In this document: piece by piece, positions 20,674-30,590 of the stretch
How positions within the stretch are numbered: position 1 is the stretch's first letter
Layout: every line of letters starts with the position of its first letter
Notes under the pieces: generated by a model
Database searches by the model: none
Told to the model about the DNA's origin: nothing
What the model saw: the letters and a program-made list of their open reading frames with translations, nothing else
From: an uncultured Thermoleophilia bacterium
GTDB taxonomy: Bacteria > Actinomycetota > Thermoleophilia > UBA2241
NCBI GenBank assembly: GCA_963702475.1
Contig: CAVPCT010000002.1
Span: forward strand, 192,001-256,000
Length of the DNA stretch: 64,000 bases
Reading direction: 5' to 3'
Program-made: the position numbers and the translations under genes

Positions 20674-21867
20674 GTGGATGTGAAGACTGCCTCAGGTGAG
20701 GAACGCGGGCCGGCGCGCTCGCGTCGCGACTCCTTTGCCGGCGGGTTCCGCCAGCGGAACCCGCTCGTGCTCGTCGTCGCGGTCGCGCTCGCCGGCCTGC
20801 TCGTCCTGGTGGCGCAGCAGGCGTTCGTGCTGGGCGCCTTCACGGCCGTCTCCGAGGGTCGTTTGTTGCGCATCGAGAACGACGACTACTTCCACCTCGC
20901 CTACAAGCTGGCCGAGCTGAAGCAGGACCCGCCGCAGGGGCCGACCCTGTACCTGTTCGGCGGGTCCGGCGCCATGGAGAGTATCGTGAGCCAGCGCTCG
21001 CTGGCGAAGCAGCTCGAGCGCGACGGGGCCGGCGATGTCAACGTCATCAGCCTGGCGGCGCACCGCGAGAGCCTCGCCGCCACGCTGGCGCTGATCGACA
21101 ACCTGCCCGCCGGCCAAGTCGCCCTCGCCGTCGGGCTTACGCCCATGCGGTTCACCATGGCGCCGGCGGAGGACGCCGGGCTGCTGGAGGGCAAGCCGAT
21201 CCTGGTCCACAGCCCGCGCCTCCAGGCCCTGGGTCCGGAGCTCTACGGCAGGAGCTCCCGGGTCTGGGGCCTGCTGCCCGGCATGTTCGACTACGCCGGG
21301 GCGTACATCCGCGAGCGCGCCGACGCGCCCTTCTGGGGCGTGCGCATCCCGTACGCGCACCACTACTGGCAGAAGGGCGAGACCGGCGCGCTCCCGCTCG
21401 CCAAGCGCCGCAACGTGCTCGCCGTGCTGGCGCGCGACCAGCGACTCTACGAGCAGAACGCCGACTACAACTTCCGGCTGCTCCGCGAGATCCTGCGGCT
21501 GGCGGAGGAGCGCGGCTTCGCCGTGGTGCTCTGGGATCAGCCGCTGAACGGCTCGGCCGCCGGCCCGGACTGGGCGGGCGTGGTGCCTGCCTATCGGGAG
21601 CGCGCGCAGGCGCTGGCCGACGAGGCGGGGGTGCCGTACATCCACCCCGGCGACATCGCCGGTCTGCAGGATGCCGACTTCGCCGACCTCTTCCACCTGC
21701 TCGACCACGGCCGCCTGAAGTGGCAGCCCTCGTTCTCGCAGCAGGTGACCGAGGCCATCCGGTTGCTCGGCGGCAGCGCCGTGGCCGTGCCGCAGGGTAT
21801 GGATCTGCCGGCACCGGCACCGGCGCCGTCACCCTCGCTCAGCCCGATCCTGCAGACCGGTCCCTGA
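20674..21867 (+). CDS. Second SGNH-like (DltD-type) membrane-anchored protein, paralog of 18318
   Basis: Shared RNPLVLVV, YLFGGS and FADLFHL..GR.KWQ motifs. Confidence 0.65.
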   Translation: MDVKTASGEERGPARSRRDSFAGGFRQRNPLVLVVAVALAGLLVLVAQQAFVLGAFTAVSEGRLLRIENDDYFHLAYKLAELKQDPPQGPTLYLFGGSGAMESIVSQRSLAKQLERDGAGDVNVISLAAHRESLAATLALIDNLPAGQVALAVGLTPMRFTMAPAEDAGLLEGKPILVHSPRLQALGPELYGRSSRVWGLLPGMFDYAGAYIRERADAPFWGVRIPYAHHYWQKGETGALPLAKRRNVLAVLARDQRLYEQNADYNFRLLREILRLAEERGFAVVLWDQPLNGSAAGPDWAGVVPAYRERAQALADEAGVPYIHPGDIAGLQDADFADLFHLLDHGRLKWQPSFSQQVTEAIRLLGGSAVAVPQGMDLPAPAPAPSPSLSPILQTGP

Positions 21868-21902
21868 GCGTCGGGGGTGGCCCGGGCCGGCCGGCGCGCC
21901 CG

Positions 21903-22970
21903 TCAGGCTCTCGGCACGAAGCGCCCCGGCTCCCAGTCCTCAGCCAGGCGGCGAGTGACGGCGGCCGCCAGCAGGGCGCCGGCCTCGGCGTCGTCCGGCT
22001 GGATGACCTCGAGCGTGGAGTGCATGTTGCGCAGCGGGATGCTGTACGAGAGCGTCGCCGCAGTGCCGGAGGCCATGAACTCTTCGGCGTCGGTGGACGT
22101 GCGGCCGGGCATGGCCTTCACCTGGACCGGGATCCCCTCCTCTTCCGCCACCTCCTGCGCCACGCGCAGGAGGGCGTGGTTGCCGGCGGCGCCGCGGTGC
22201 AGCACCGGTCCGGCGCCGAGCTTGACCTCGCCGCCGATCTTCTTGGCATCGTTACCGGGGTCGTCGCTGGCGAAGTCAACGTCCACGACGATGATCACGT
22301 CGGGCCGCAGGCGCCGCGACGCGGCCTTGGCGCCCATGAATGTGGTCTCCTCGTGCACCGTGGCCAGCGCCGTCATGCGGGCCGCCGCTGGGGCGGCGGC
22401 GTAGTGCTCCAGGGCGCGCGCCGCGACGTAGACCCCGGCGCGGTCGTCGAAGCCCGGCGAGGCGTAGCGGCCGTTGCCGAGCTCCACGAACTTGGCCTCG
22501 AAGGTGATGGGGTCGCCGACGCGCACCTGCTCGAGCGCTTCTTCGTGCGTGGCCGCGCCGATGTCGATCCACTGGTCGTGCATCTCCGGGGCCTTGCCAC
22601 GCTCCTCGGGGGTCATCTTGTGGGAAGGTCGGCGACCGACGACGCCGTCCACCGGCCCTCCGGCTCCGTGCATCACCACGTGGCGGCCGGGCAGCAGACC
22701 CGGGTCCACGCCGCCGATCTTCTCGAACGAGATGAATCCGTGCTCGTCGATGTAGGTGACGATGAGCCCGATCTGGTCGCTGTGCGCGGTGACGACCACG
22801 TGCGGCGAGCCCTCGGGCTGCACCTCGGCCCACACATTGCCGAGCGGGTCGCCGTCGACTTCGGCGATGGGGGAGAGGCGCCGGCGTACGACCTCCTGGG
22901 CCGGCGCCTCGAAGCCGGTGGGGGCCGGCGCGGCGCACAGCTCGCGCAAGAAGTCGATGTCGGTCGGCAT
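21903..22970 (-). CDS. M42 family metallopeptidase
   Basis: APTGFE, AHSDQIG, DDRAG, HEET, MHS..E. Confidence 0.88.
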   Translation of the reverse strand: MPTDIDFLRELCAAPAPTGFEAPAQEVVRRRLSPIAEVDGDPLGNVWAEVQPEGSPHVVVTAHSDQIGLIVTYIDEHGFISFEKIGGVDPGLLPGRHVVMHGAGGPVDGVVGRRPSHKMTPEERGKAPEMHDQWIDIGAATHEEALEQVRVGDPITFEAKFVELGNGRYASPGFDDRAGVYVAARALEHYAAAPAAARMTALATVHEETTFMGAKAASRRLRPDVIIVVDVDFASDDPGNDAKKIGGEVKLGAGPVLHRGAAGNHALLRVAQEVAEEEGIPVQVKAMPGRTSTDAEEFMASGTAATLSYSIPLRNMHSTLEVIQPDDAEAGALLAAAVTRRLAEDWEPGRFVPRA

Positions 22971-23299
22971 GACGTCCTCCGTGGTCGCAGCGAATGGGCG
23001 GGCGAGCCTCACGGCGGCCCGCCCGCATCCTATCGCACCGCGTCCGGGCGCTCCCCCGACGCGCTGGGAGCGGCTGGGGCGCCGCGGACGCAGGGCGCGC
23101 GGCGCACAGGACCCTTCCGCCGGCGGGCCCCTCATGGATGGTTGTATTCTGCAACGATCCATGAGGCGAGGCGAGGGTGACGTGGCCTGCCTGACGGTGA
23201 CATCTCGCCGTCTTCGGCAGGGGGCTGGGCACGCCTGCGCGCGTCGCGCGAACGCAGAGGCGGGCGGGGCGCTCCCCGGGCGGGCGCCCGCGTAGTAAG

Positions 23300-24982
23300 G
23301 TGTGCGGCATCGATCCGTCGCCCGGCACCCCCGCGCACCTCGCGCACCGCCGCCGCTCAGCGGCCCGCCGGCGCCAGCTCGCGCGGCGCCGCGGCGTGGC
23401 GCTGGCCGCGGCGCTCGTCGTCCTCGCCCTCATCGTCTGGCGCGCATCCGCCTGCGCCTGCGGCGGCGAGGACGGCGCCGGGCAGGCTGTGACCTACGGG
23501 CCGGTCCCGCCGGCGCCTGTGCCCTCGCTGACCGGCGACGGCGTCAAGGTCGGCACCTTTCTCGGCAATTACTCGCGCCGCTTCTACGGCCTCGGGCCGG
23601 TCCCCGAGCGCCTGGACGTGCTCTGGAAGGTCAAGCTGGGCGAGGGTTGGACGAGCGGCAAAGACGTCGAGGATCCGCCCAACCGATGGGCCGGCAGCGG
23701 CTGGACGGGCATGCCCAGCATCGTCGTCGACCAGGGCGGGACGTACGTGCTGGTCGGCGGGTACGACCATCGCCTTCGCCGCATCGACGCCGAGACCGGC
23801 GAGGAGGTGTGGCGGTACAAGTTCGACGACATCATCAAGAGCAGCCCGTCGGTGTTCAAGAACCCGGAGCCGGCTGGCGAGGATGACGCGTACATCGTCT
23901 GCGCCGGCTCGCGGCGCGGCTACCCTCTTGAGATCGACGACCCGACCGTGGCCCCGTATCGCGCCGTCACCTTCGGCAGCGGCAAGGAGCTGTGGCGCCT
24001 GCCGGTCGTGAAGACGGCCTCGTACAGCCGCGACGCCGACGGCAGCGGCTTCTTTCTCGACGGTCGCCAGTACATCGGCGTGGAGAGCGGCTGGTTCTAC
24101 GCGCTCGACCCGCTCGAGACCGAGGACTGGAACGGCCACAGGAAGCCCGTGGTCGAGGCGAAGCGCCTGCTGCTCGGCGACGACCGCGCCGCCGCGCACG
24201 ACGGCAATCTCGTGCTGGAGTCGTCGCCCTCGGTGCTCGGCAGCCGCATCTACATCGCCTCAGGCGCCGGTCACGTGTACGGTATGCGGCGCGGCGACCT
24301 GGCCGTACGGTGGGACTACTACGTCGGCTCCGACATCGACGGTACTGTCGTGCCGACGCGGCGGGGCAAGCTGCTCGTGCCGGTCGAGAAGCAGTACATC
24401 AAGGGCCACGGCGGCGTGTTGTGTCTCGACCCGGGCAAACCGCCGGAGCAGGCGACCGAGTGGTTCTTCCCGACGGACGAGCGCAGGGTCGGGGAGTGGC
24501 GCGGCGGCGTCGTCGGCTCGTGTGCTGTCAACGACGAGTACAACGCCGACGGGAGCCTGCCGGCGCTCGTCGCCTTCAACGCCATCGACGGCTTCACCCA
24601 CATCGTCTCGCAGGACCTCATGAGCACGCAGACGGTCAAGGGTCCCAACCTGGAGCCCGGCCTGCAGACGCCGGTCGAGGTCGCCAAGCTGTGGAACACC
24701 GGGGCCGTCTCCACGCCGCTGCTGTTCGACGACACCCTGATCACCGCCGCCTACGATCAGCGTGTACACCTGTACAAGCTCACCTTCACGCCGTCGGAGG
24801 AGGGCCTGGAGGGAGCGCTGCCGAGCGCCAACGGCGACGGGAGCTGGTGGCGCGTGAGCGTCACCGAGCAGGACCAGTTCTTCACCTCGGCCGGCTTCGA
24901 AAGCACGCCGACCCTGTGGGACGGCCGTGTGTACGTGGGGTGCCGAGACGGCTGGTTCTACTGCCTCGGCGACAAGCCATGA
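23300..24982 (+). CDS. Membrane-anchored PQQ-like beta-propeller protein
   Basis: N-terminal TM helix, repeated SSP/STP..YVG..DG..Y blades. Confidence 0.75.
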   Translation: MCGIDPSPGTPAHLAHRRRSAARRRQLARRRGVALAAALVVLALIVWRASACACGGEDGAGQAVTYGPVPPAPVPSLTGDGVKVGTFLGNYSRRFYGLGPVPERLDVLWKVKLGEGWTSGKDVEDPPNRWAGSGWTGMPSIVVDQGGTYVLVGGYDHRLRRIDAETGEEVWRYKFDDIIKSSPSVFKNPEPAGEDDAYIVCAGSRRGYPLEIDDPTVAPYRAVTFGSGKELWRLPVVKTASYSRDADGSGFFLDGRQYIGVESGWFYALDPLETEDWNGHRKPVVEAKRLLLGDDRAAAHDGNLVLESSPSVLGSRIYIASGAGHVYGMRRGDLAVRWDYYVGSDIDGTVVPTRRGKLLVPVEKQYIKGHGGVLCLDPGKPPEQATEWFFPTDERRVGEWRGGVVGSCAVNDEYNADGSLPALVAFNAIDGFTHIVSQDLMSTQTVKGPNLEPGLQTPVEVAKLWNTGAVSTPLLFDDTLITAAYDQRVHLYKLTFTPSEEGLEGALPSANGDGSWWRVSVTEQDQFFTSAGFESTPTLWDGRVYVGCRDGWFYCLGDKP

Positions 24983-25018
24983 GCGTGTGGGCCGGCCCCG
25001 CTGCCGCCGGCCGGTCCC

Positions 25019-26836
25019 TCAGGGCAGCAGTTTCTGCGCCGCGGCGACCGTACGCAGCGCCTCCTGCAGGGTGACGCGCGCCAAGGGCCGCAGCTTCTCG
25101 GTGTCGATGACGTTGTGCGGCGCGATGCCGCGACGGATGAGCTCCGCGTGGTGTTGCAGCCGCAACCTCGACATGCTCGCGTAGGCTTCGCTCAAGGCCC
25201 GTGCCGCGTCGGTATCGCCGGTCATGTGCTGCACCGACGCCAGGCGCTCCACAGTGCTGCCCGCTGAGATGCCCCTGGCGAACGCGTAGAAGCGCGCCAG
25301 GTTCTCCACGGGCAGCAGCCCGCTCTTCTTGATGTCGATGGGCCCCGTGAGGCGGCCACGGAACCCGAGCGGAGAGGGGATCTGCGAGGCCAGGTGCCCG
25401 AGGCCGCTGAGAAAGCCGCCGCGGCGCGGGGCCTGCCGCAGTATCCCGCTGAGCGGCGTGACGATGTCCAGTTCGCCGGCGACCCTGCGGAAGTCGAAGG
25501 CGATGCTGGCGCGCAGCAGGTGGTTCCAGTCCCACACCTCCAGGCAGCGCAAGAACACGCTCATCCAGTTCGTGCGGGTGAGGCGCCAGTGCGGGTCGCG
25601 GGCCAGCACGCCGGACTCGTCGTAGCTGAAGCCGCAGCGTGCGAGGCCCTCGTTGACGTCGCCGGCCATGGCTGCGAAGTAGGCGTCCGCCGCGGGGTCG
25701 TCGGTGTCCTCGTAGGCGAGGCCGTTGTCCTGGTCCGAAGCCAGTGTGAGCTCGTTACGGGCGCAGCTGCCGAGCGCCAGCCAGGCGAAGGCTGCGGGAG
25801 GCGGGCCGTGGCGGACGACGGCCAGGTCGATGAGGCGTGCGGTCATCGCGTCCATGAGCAAGGTGACGACGCGGGTGATCGCCGGTCCGTCGAGGCCTGC
25901 ATCCACGAGGCTCACGAAGAGGCCGGGAAGCTGCGTCGCGGCCTGCACCACGGCGTCTTCGTCGTGGGCCGTGGCGATCGTCCAGCGCAGGGCAAAGGGG
26001 CTCAGCGCGTCCAGGTTCATCAGGCTGCCGGCCGACACCACGCCGAGCACGCGCCCGTCGGGGCCCAGGACGGCGAGGTGGTTGACGTTCGCCGCCATCA
26101 TCTCGATGCTGGCCTGCGGCGCCAGGGTCTCGGCGCTCACGGTGCGCGCCGGGACCGTCGCGATCGAACTGACCGGCATGTCGCGCGGCAGGTCGCCGGC
26201 GACGACCTTGGAGCGCAGGTCGGCGTCGGTGACGATCCCCAGTCCCTGTGGCATCTCCACGAGCACGGCCGTGACGATCTCATCGTTCATCAGCTGTGCC
26301 ACCTTGCGCACCGTCATGTCCGGCGGGCAGAACACCGGCTCCCGCCTGATCAGCCTGGTGACCGGCACGGTGCGCACGTCGGGCAAGGCGTGCGCCGTCG
26401 CCGACGTGCGCAGCACGCGGTCGCGGAAGGTCTGCGCTATGAAGGCGGCTCCCTCCGGCCGGCCGAGGACCGCGACAGCCTCGTCGCGCGGCAGCACGTA
26501 GAGCGCGGAGTCCTCGCGGGCGCGCACGGTGAACTCGGGCGGCTGGCCGGAAAGGAGCGTGGGGTGGCCGAAGAGCTGGCCCTTGGTCACGAGGTCGACG
26601 ACCCTGTTCTTGTGGTCCAGTTCCATGGTGCCGTCGCGGACCACGTACAGATGCTCGCCCGGAGGGCCGTTCTCCACCAGCACCGCCTCGCCTCGCCCGA
26701 CGCGGGTCTCCCGTACCGCCGCCGCCACGCGTTCGAGGTCAGGGCGCGAGAGCGTGTCGAACGGGGGATAGCGGCCCAGGAACCGGGCGATCTCGCGGAC
26801 GTGGTCGTCCACCGCGCTTGTGCTGCTCGTCGTCAT
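25019..26836 (-). CDS. cNMP-binding/CBS/DUF294 putative nucleotidyltransferase
   Basis: cNMP domain, CBS pair, GS.AR.E...SDQDNGL, DIKKSGLLP. Confidence 0.88.
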   Translation of the reverse strand: MTTSSTSAVDDHVREIARFLGRYPPFDTLSRPDLERVAAAVRETRVGRGEAVLVENGPPGEHLYVVRDGTMELDHKNRVVDLVTKGQLFGHPTLLSGQPPEFTVRAREDSALYVLPRDEAVAVLGRPEGAAFIAQTFRDRVLRTSATAHALPDVRTVPVTRLIRREPVFCPPDMTVRKVAQLMNDEIVTAVLVEMPQGLGIVTDADLRSKVVAGDLPRDMPVSSIATVPARTVSAETLAPQASIEMMAANVNHLAVLGPDGRVLGVVSAGSLMNLDALSPFALRWTIATAHDEDAVVQAATQLPGLFVSLVDAGLDGPAITRVVTLLMDAMTARLIDLAVVRHGPPPAAFAWLALGSCARNELTLASDQDNGLAYEDTDDPAADAYFAAMAGDVNEGLARCGFSYDESGVLARDPHWRLTRTNWMSVFLRCLEVWDWNHLLRASIAFDFRRVAGELDIVTPLSGILRQAPRRGGFLSGLGHLASQIPSPLGFRGRLTGPIDIKKSGLLPVENLARFYAFARGISAGSTVERLASVQHMTGDTDAARALSEAYASMSRLRLQHHAELIRRGIAPHNVIDTEKLRPLARVTLQEALRTVAAAQKLLP

Positions 26837-26895
26837 GAGTCATCGCCTCAGCGGAGCGAAGGATACCAGCCCTGCGCCGGCGTGCATACGTCCGT

Positions 26896-27660
26896 TCACG
26901 GGAGGAGTCCCCGGGCGTTGAGGTAGGCGATGCTGGCCTCCACGTCCAGCGGGGTCGTGTGTTCGATCACGACGCGAGCGCCGCAGGCGCGCACCACGGC
27001 CATGACGGCCTCGACGTCCACGTCGCCGGCACCCAGAGGCAGGTGTTCGTCGCCTCCCGCCGCGCCGTGGTTGTCGTGGAGGTGCACGTGGCGCAGCGGC
27101 GCCTGCGGGTCCGCGAGCCAGGCGTCCAGCGTGCCCGAGACGGAAGCGTGGCCGACGTCGAGCCCCACACCCAGCCCGCACAGGTCCACGTCGCCCGGGG
27201 CCACGAAGTGCGAGAGCCCGGGCACGGGCATGTTCTCCACCACGACGAGCACGCCGGACTCCTCCTGCAGCTCGCGCAGCTCGCAGAGCGAGCGCTGGAG
27301 GGCCGCGACCACCTCCGGCCGTCGCGGCCCCGGCCGCCGCTGCCTGTCGGGGTGGACGAGGTACGTGGTGGCCCCGAGTGCGGCCGCGACTTTGAGGTGA
27401 CGGCGGTGCAGTTCCACGCCGGCCCGCCGCCTCTGCTCGTCGAGGCTCCCCAGGTCGACGCGGAAGAACGGGCCGTGGACGCTGAAGGGCAGGCCGGCCG
27501 CGGCCACAGCGCGCACGTTGTCCAGGTCGAGGAGCGAGTGCTCGCGGTACGAGGTGACCTCGGCGGCGCGCGCCAGCTCCCTGATGGCGAGCAACGCCGC
27601 GGCGAGCGGAAGGTGCGCGTAGGCGCCGGTGGAGATCGCGATGTCGGGCAGTCGCATCAC
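26896..27660 (-). CDS. Xylose isomerase-like / AP endonuclease 2 TIM-barrel protein
   Basis: SVHGPF, VENMP, DVGHA, HLHDN, EH metal ligands. Confidence 0.82.
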   Translation of the reverse strand: MMRLPDIAISTGAYAHLPLAAALLAIRELARAAEVTSYREHSLLDLDNVRAVAAAGLPFSVHGPFFRVDLGSLDEQRRRAGVELHRRHLKVAAALGATTYLVHPDRQRRPGPRRPEVVAALQRSLCELRELQEESGVLVVVENMPVPGLSHFVAPGDVDLCGLGVGLDVGHASVSGTLDAWLADPQAPLRHVHLHDNHGAAGGDEHLPLGAGDVDVEAVMAVVRACGARVVIEHTTPLDVEASIAYLNARGLLP

Positions 27661-27756
27661 CGTCGCTCCAGTATGGCACCGGTGCGCCGGCCGTGGGTGT
27701 GCCGGCCGGTGCGGCCTGGGCCGGCCCGGCCCCCCTGGCCGCGACTGCTGCGTCGC

Positions 27757-28205
27757 TCAGGAGCGAGCGTAGACGGCGACGCGGTCCTCGCCGTGCTGCC
27801 TGGCCTCGTAGAGGGCCGTGTCGGCCTTGAGCACGAGGTCTTCGGCCGTGCCGGCGTGGCGCTGCAGGGTGGCCACCCCGATGCTTGTGGTGAGGCCGGA
27901 CCACGCACTGCCGCCGAGCCTCGCGCCCGTCGATGACCTGCTGGAAGTCGGGGATCTCCTGCAGCGCGGGCCGTGAGCAGTCGCGAACAGAGGGCGAGGG
28001 CGCGCAGGGCTTCGCGCTCGGGCAGGTAGTCGTAGACACAGCACTCGTGACAGTCGAGCGCCTGCGCGAGCTGCTCGGCCACCACCGCGAGGGTGTCGGC
28101 GAGGATGTCGTCCCCGAACTCACTCGCCGCAATGGCGAACGCGTTGGTCTCGGCGCGGATGTCACCGGCGGGTCTCATCGTCACTCGCTGTCCTGCATCG
28201 GCATG
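27757..28205 (-). pseudogene. Collapsed GAF-GGDEF diguanylate cyclase remnant
   Basis: GAF-like N-terminal piece joined to GGDEF tail (SIGVA..ADTALYEARQHGEDRV); active-site core absent. Confidence 0.6.
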
Positions 28206-28274
28206 CTGAGCGCCTCGATGCATGGAGCGGTTGCTTTGGGGCAAACGTTTACGCGCACTTTGAGAACGACGATG

Positions 28275-29483
28275 TCAGTAACGCACCATCAGCTTCTTCG
28301 TTGCGGACGTCAGCCCGTCCACCGTGAGCTCGAACATGGGGAAGACCCCGCGTACCTTGCGGATCGTCACGCTGCCGTAGGCGCGCTCCCAGTCCGGTTC
28401 GGGGATGGTGTTGAGCCACACGGAGTGGTCGAAGTGGCGGCGCAGGCGCTTGAGCCACTCGATGCCGGGCTCGTCGTTGCCGTAGCCCCACCAGATGATG
28501 CCGTCGCGGGCCATGAGCTCGCTGGGGGCCATGGCCGCGTCGCCGACGATGATGAGCTTGTAGTCGCTGGGCAACTCCTGAAGTACGCGCCGAGTGGAGA
28601 TGGCCTCCGACGACGTCATGCGCGTGCTCGTGTACAGCCAGTCGTATACGCAGTTGTGGAAGTAGTAGGACCGCAGGTCCTTGAAGTGGCTGCTGCGGTT
28701 CACGGCGCTGAAGAGCTGGCTGCAGAGGCGGATGTAGGGGTGCATGGAGCCGCCGACGTCCATGAGCAGCAGCACTTTGACGGCGTTCTTGCGGCTCTTG
28801 CGCCACACGAGACTCAGGCGGCCGGCGTTGCCCGCCGTCTCCTCGATGGTCTCGTCGAGGTCGAGCTCGTCGGGTACGCCCTCGTTGCGCGAGCTGAGCT
28901 GGCGCAGGCGCCGCAGGGCGAGCTCGAACTGCCGCACGCCGACCTCCTGGTCGGTGCGGTAGCCGCGGTAGCGGCGCTCGCCGGCCACCTTGACGGCTGA
29001 CCTGTTGCGGCTCTCGCCGCCGACGCGGATCCCGCCGGGGTGGAAGCCGGAGTGGCCGAAGGGGCTGGTGCCACCGGTGCCCACCCAGTGGTTGCCGCCG
29101 TGGTGCGCCTCCGTCTGCTCCTTGAGGCGTTCCTCGAACAGGCGTTGCAGCTCGTCGAGGTCGAGGTCTTCGAACAGGGCGGCCAGTGCGCGGCGGTCCT
29201 CCTCGCTGAGACCCGGCATGTTGAGCGGGTCCGAGAGCCAGTCCCAGACCTCGTCCTGGATCGCGAGCGGCGTCTCGATGCCCTGGAACATCGCCGCGAA
29301 GGCCTGGTCGTACTGGTCGAAGTACGCCTCCGACTTGACCAGCACGCTGCGGGCGACGGCGTAGAACTCGTCCAGGCCGGCCGGAGCGAGCCCCATGGCG
29401 AGCGCCCGCATGAGGGCGAGCCACTCCGTCACGGTGACGGGCACGCCGTAGGCGCGCAGGAGGTAGAAGAAGTCCGTGAACAC
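28275..29483 (-). CDS. vWA domain protein (CoxE-like)
   Basis: HHGGNHWVGTGGTSPFG, DVGGSM, GDAAM. Confidence 0.88.
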   Translation of the reverse strand: MFTDFFYLLRAYGVPVTVTEWLALMRALAMGLAPAGLDEFYAVARSVLVKSEAYFDQYDQAFAAMFQGIETPLAIQDEVWDWLSDPLNMPGLSEEDRRALAALFEDLDLDELQRLFEERLKEQTEAHHGGNHWVGTGGTSPFGHSGFHPGGIRVGGESRNRSAVKVAGERRYRGYRTDQEVGVRQFELALRRLRQLSSRNEGVPDELDLDETIEETAGNAGRLSLVWRKSRKNAVKVLLLMDVGGSMHPYIRLCSQLFSAVNRSSHFKDLRSYYFHNCVYDWLYTSTRMTSSEAISTRRVLQELPSDYKLIIVGDAAMAPSELMARDGIIWWGYGNDEPGIEWLKRLRRHFDHSVWLNTIPEPDWERAYGSVTIRKVRGVFPMFELTVDGLTSATKKLMVRY

Positions 29484-29490
29484 GGCGCGC

Positions 29491-29604
29491 TCACCCGCCC
29501 CGGTGCTGCCTGAGCACGCGTAGTGCGATGACGACGAGCAGCACGGCGAGGACCGCGACGATGATCGCCGCCGCGATGACCTCGAACGAGCCGATGACGG
29601 GCAC
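29491..29604 (-). CDS. 37-aa single-TM small protein
   Basis: GGAGG RBS, GTG start, strongly hydrophobic helix; lies inside the moxR-vWA operon. Confidence 0.5.
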   Translation of the reverse strand: MPVIGSFEVIAAAIIVAVLAVLLVVIALRVLRQHRGG

Positions 29605-29635
29605 GGGTGCCTCCGCGGCGTCGCGGCCGGACTCG

Positions 29636-30469
29636 CTACCGCCGCCGGCCGCCGGCCAGGGCGCGTTGCGCGACGTCCACATCGTGGTCCTTCTTGAGAA
29701 GCACGCCCATGAAGGGCAGGCGCGCGGCGATCTCCCGCTGGTCGACGCCGCCGCGCGCCAGCGCCTGTACCCAGTCGATGAGTTCGCTGGTGCTGGGCTT
29801 CTTCTGCAGGCCCGGCACGTCGCGCAGCCAGAAGAATGCCTGGATGGCGAGCTCGAGCAGCGAGCGGTCGAGGTCGGGCACGTGCACGCGCACGATGCGC
29901 TCCATCATCTCCGCGTCGGGGAACGCGATGTAGTGGAACACGCAGCGCCGCAGGAAGGCGTCGGGCAGCTCCTTCTCCGCGTTGGAGGTGATCAGCACGA
30001 TGGGCCGGTGCACGGCGTGCACGTCCTCGTGCGTCTCGGGGATGTGGAACTCCATGCGGTCGAGCTCCCACAGCAGGTCGTTGGGGAACTCCAGGTCGGC
30101 CTTGTCGATCTCGTCGATGAGCAGCACCACGCGTTCCCCGCTGCGGAACGCCTCACCCAGCTTGCCGGGCTTGATGTACTGCGCGATGTCGCTGACGTCG
30201 CGGTCGCCGAACTGGCCGTCGTACAGGCGCTGGACCGTGTCGTATACGTAGAGGCCGTCCTGCGCCTTGGTCGTCGACTTGATGTTCCAGACGATCAGCG
30301 GCATCTCCAGTCCGGCGGCGATGCTCTGCGCGAGCATCGTCTTGCCGGTGCCCGGTTCGCCCTTGATGAGCAGCGGGCGGCCCAGCTGCACGGCGACGTT
30401 GACGGTCTGCATGAGGTCGGGCGCGGCGATGTAGTCGCTCGTGCCGGTGTAGGAGAAGGACTGGCCCAT
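29636..30469 (-). CDS. MoxR-family AAA+ ATPase
   Basis: GEPGTGKT, LIDEIDKAD, LPDAFLRRC. Confidence 0.92.
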   Translation of the reverse strand: MGQSFSYTGTSDYIAAPDLMQTVNVAVQLGRPLLIKGEPGTGKTMLAQSIAAGLEMPLIVWNIKSTTKAQDGLYVYDTVQRLYDGQFGDRDVSDIAQYIKPGKLGEAFRSGERVVLLIDEIDKADLEFPNDLLWELDRMEFHIPETHEDVHAVHRPIVLITSNAEKELPDAFLRRCVFHYIAFPDAEMMERIVRVHVPDLDRSLLELAIQAFFWLRDVPGLQKKPSTSELIDWVQALARGGVDQREIAARLPFMGVLLKKDHDVDVAQRALAGGRRR

Positions 30470-30590
30470 GGCGTGCGCTTTCGCTCGGCTGTGTACTGGC
30501 GGGGGCGCCGGAGCGGCACCCGGCGGAGTGTATCAGAGGCTCGCCGCCGGCTGAGCCGCCGTTCGGCCGTGCCCGGCGGCCGCGACCGCG

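Noticed and set aside
15369-21867. Genomic island integrated at tRNA-Leu
   Set aside because: No integrase, no tRNA 3'-end duplication seen, and host-like codon usage
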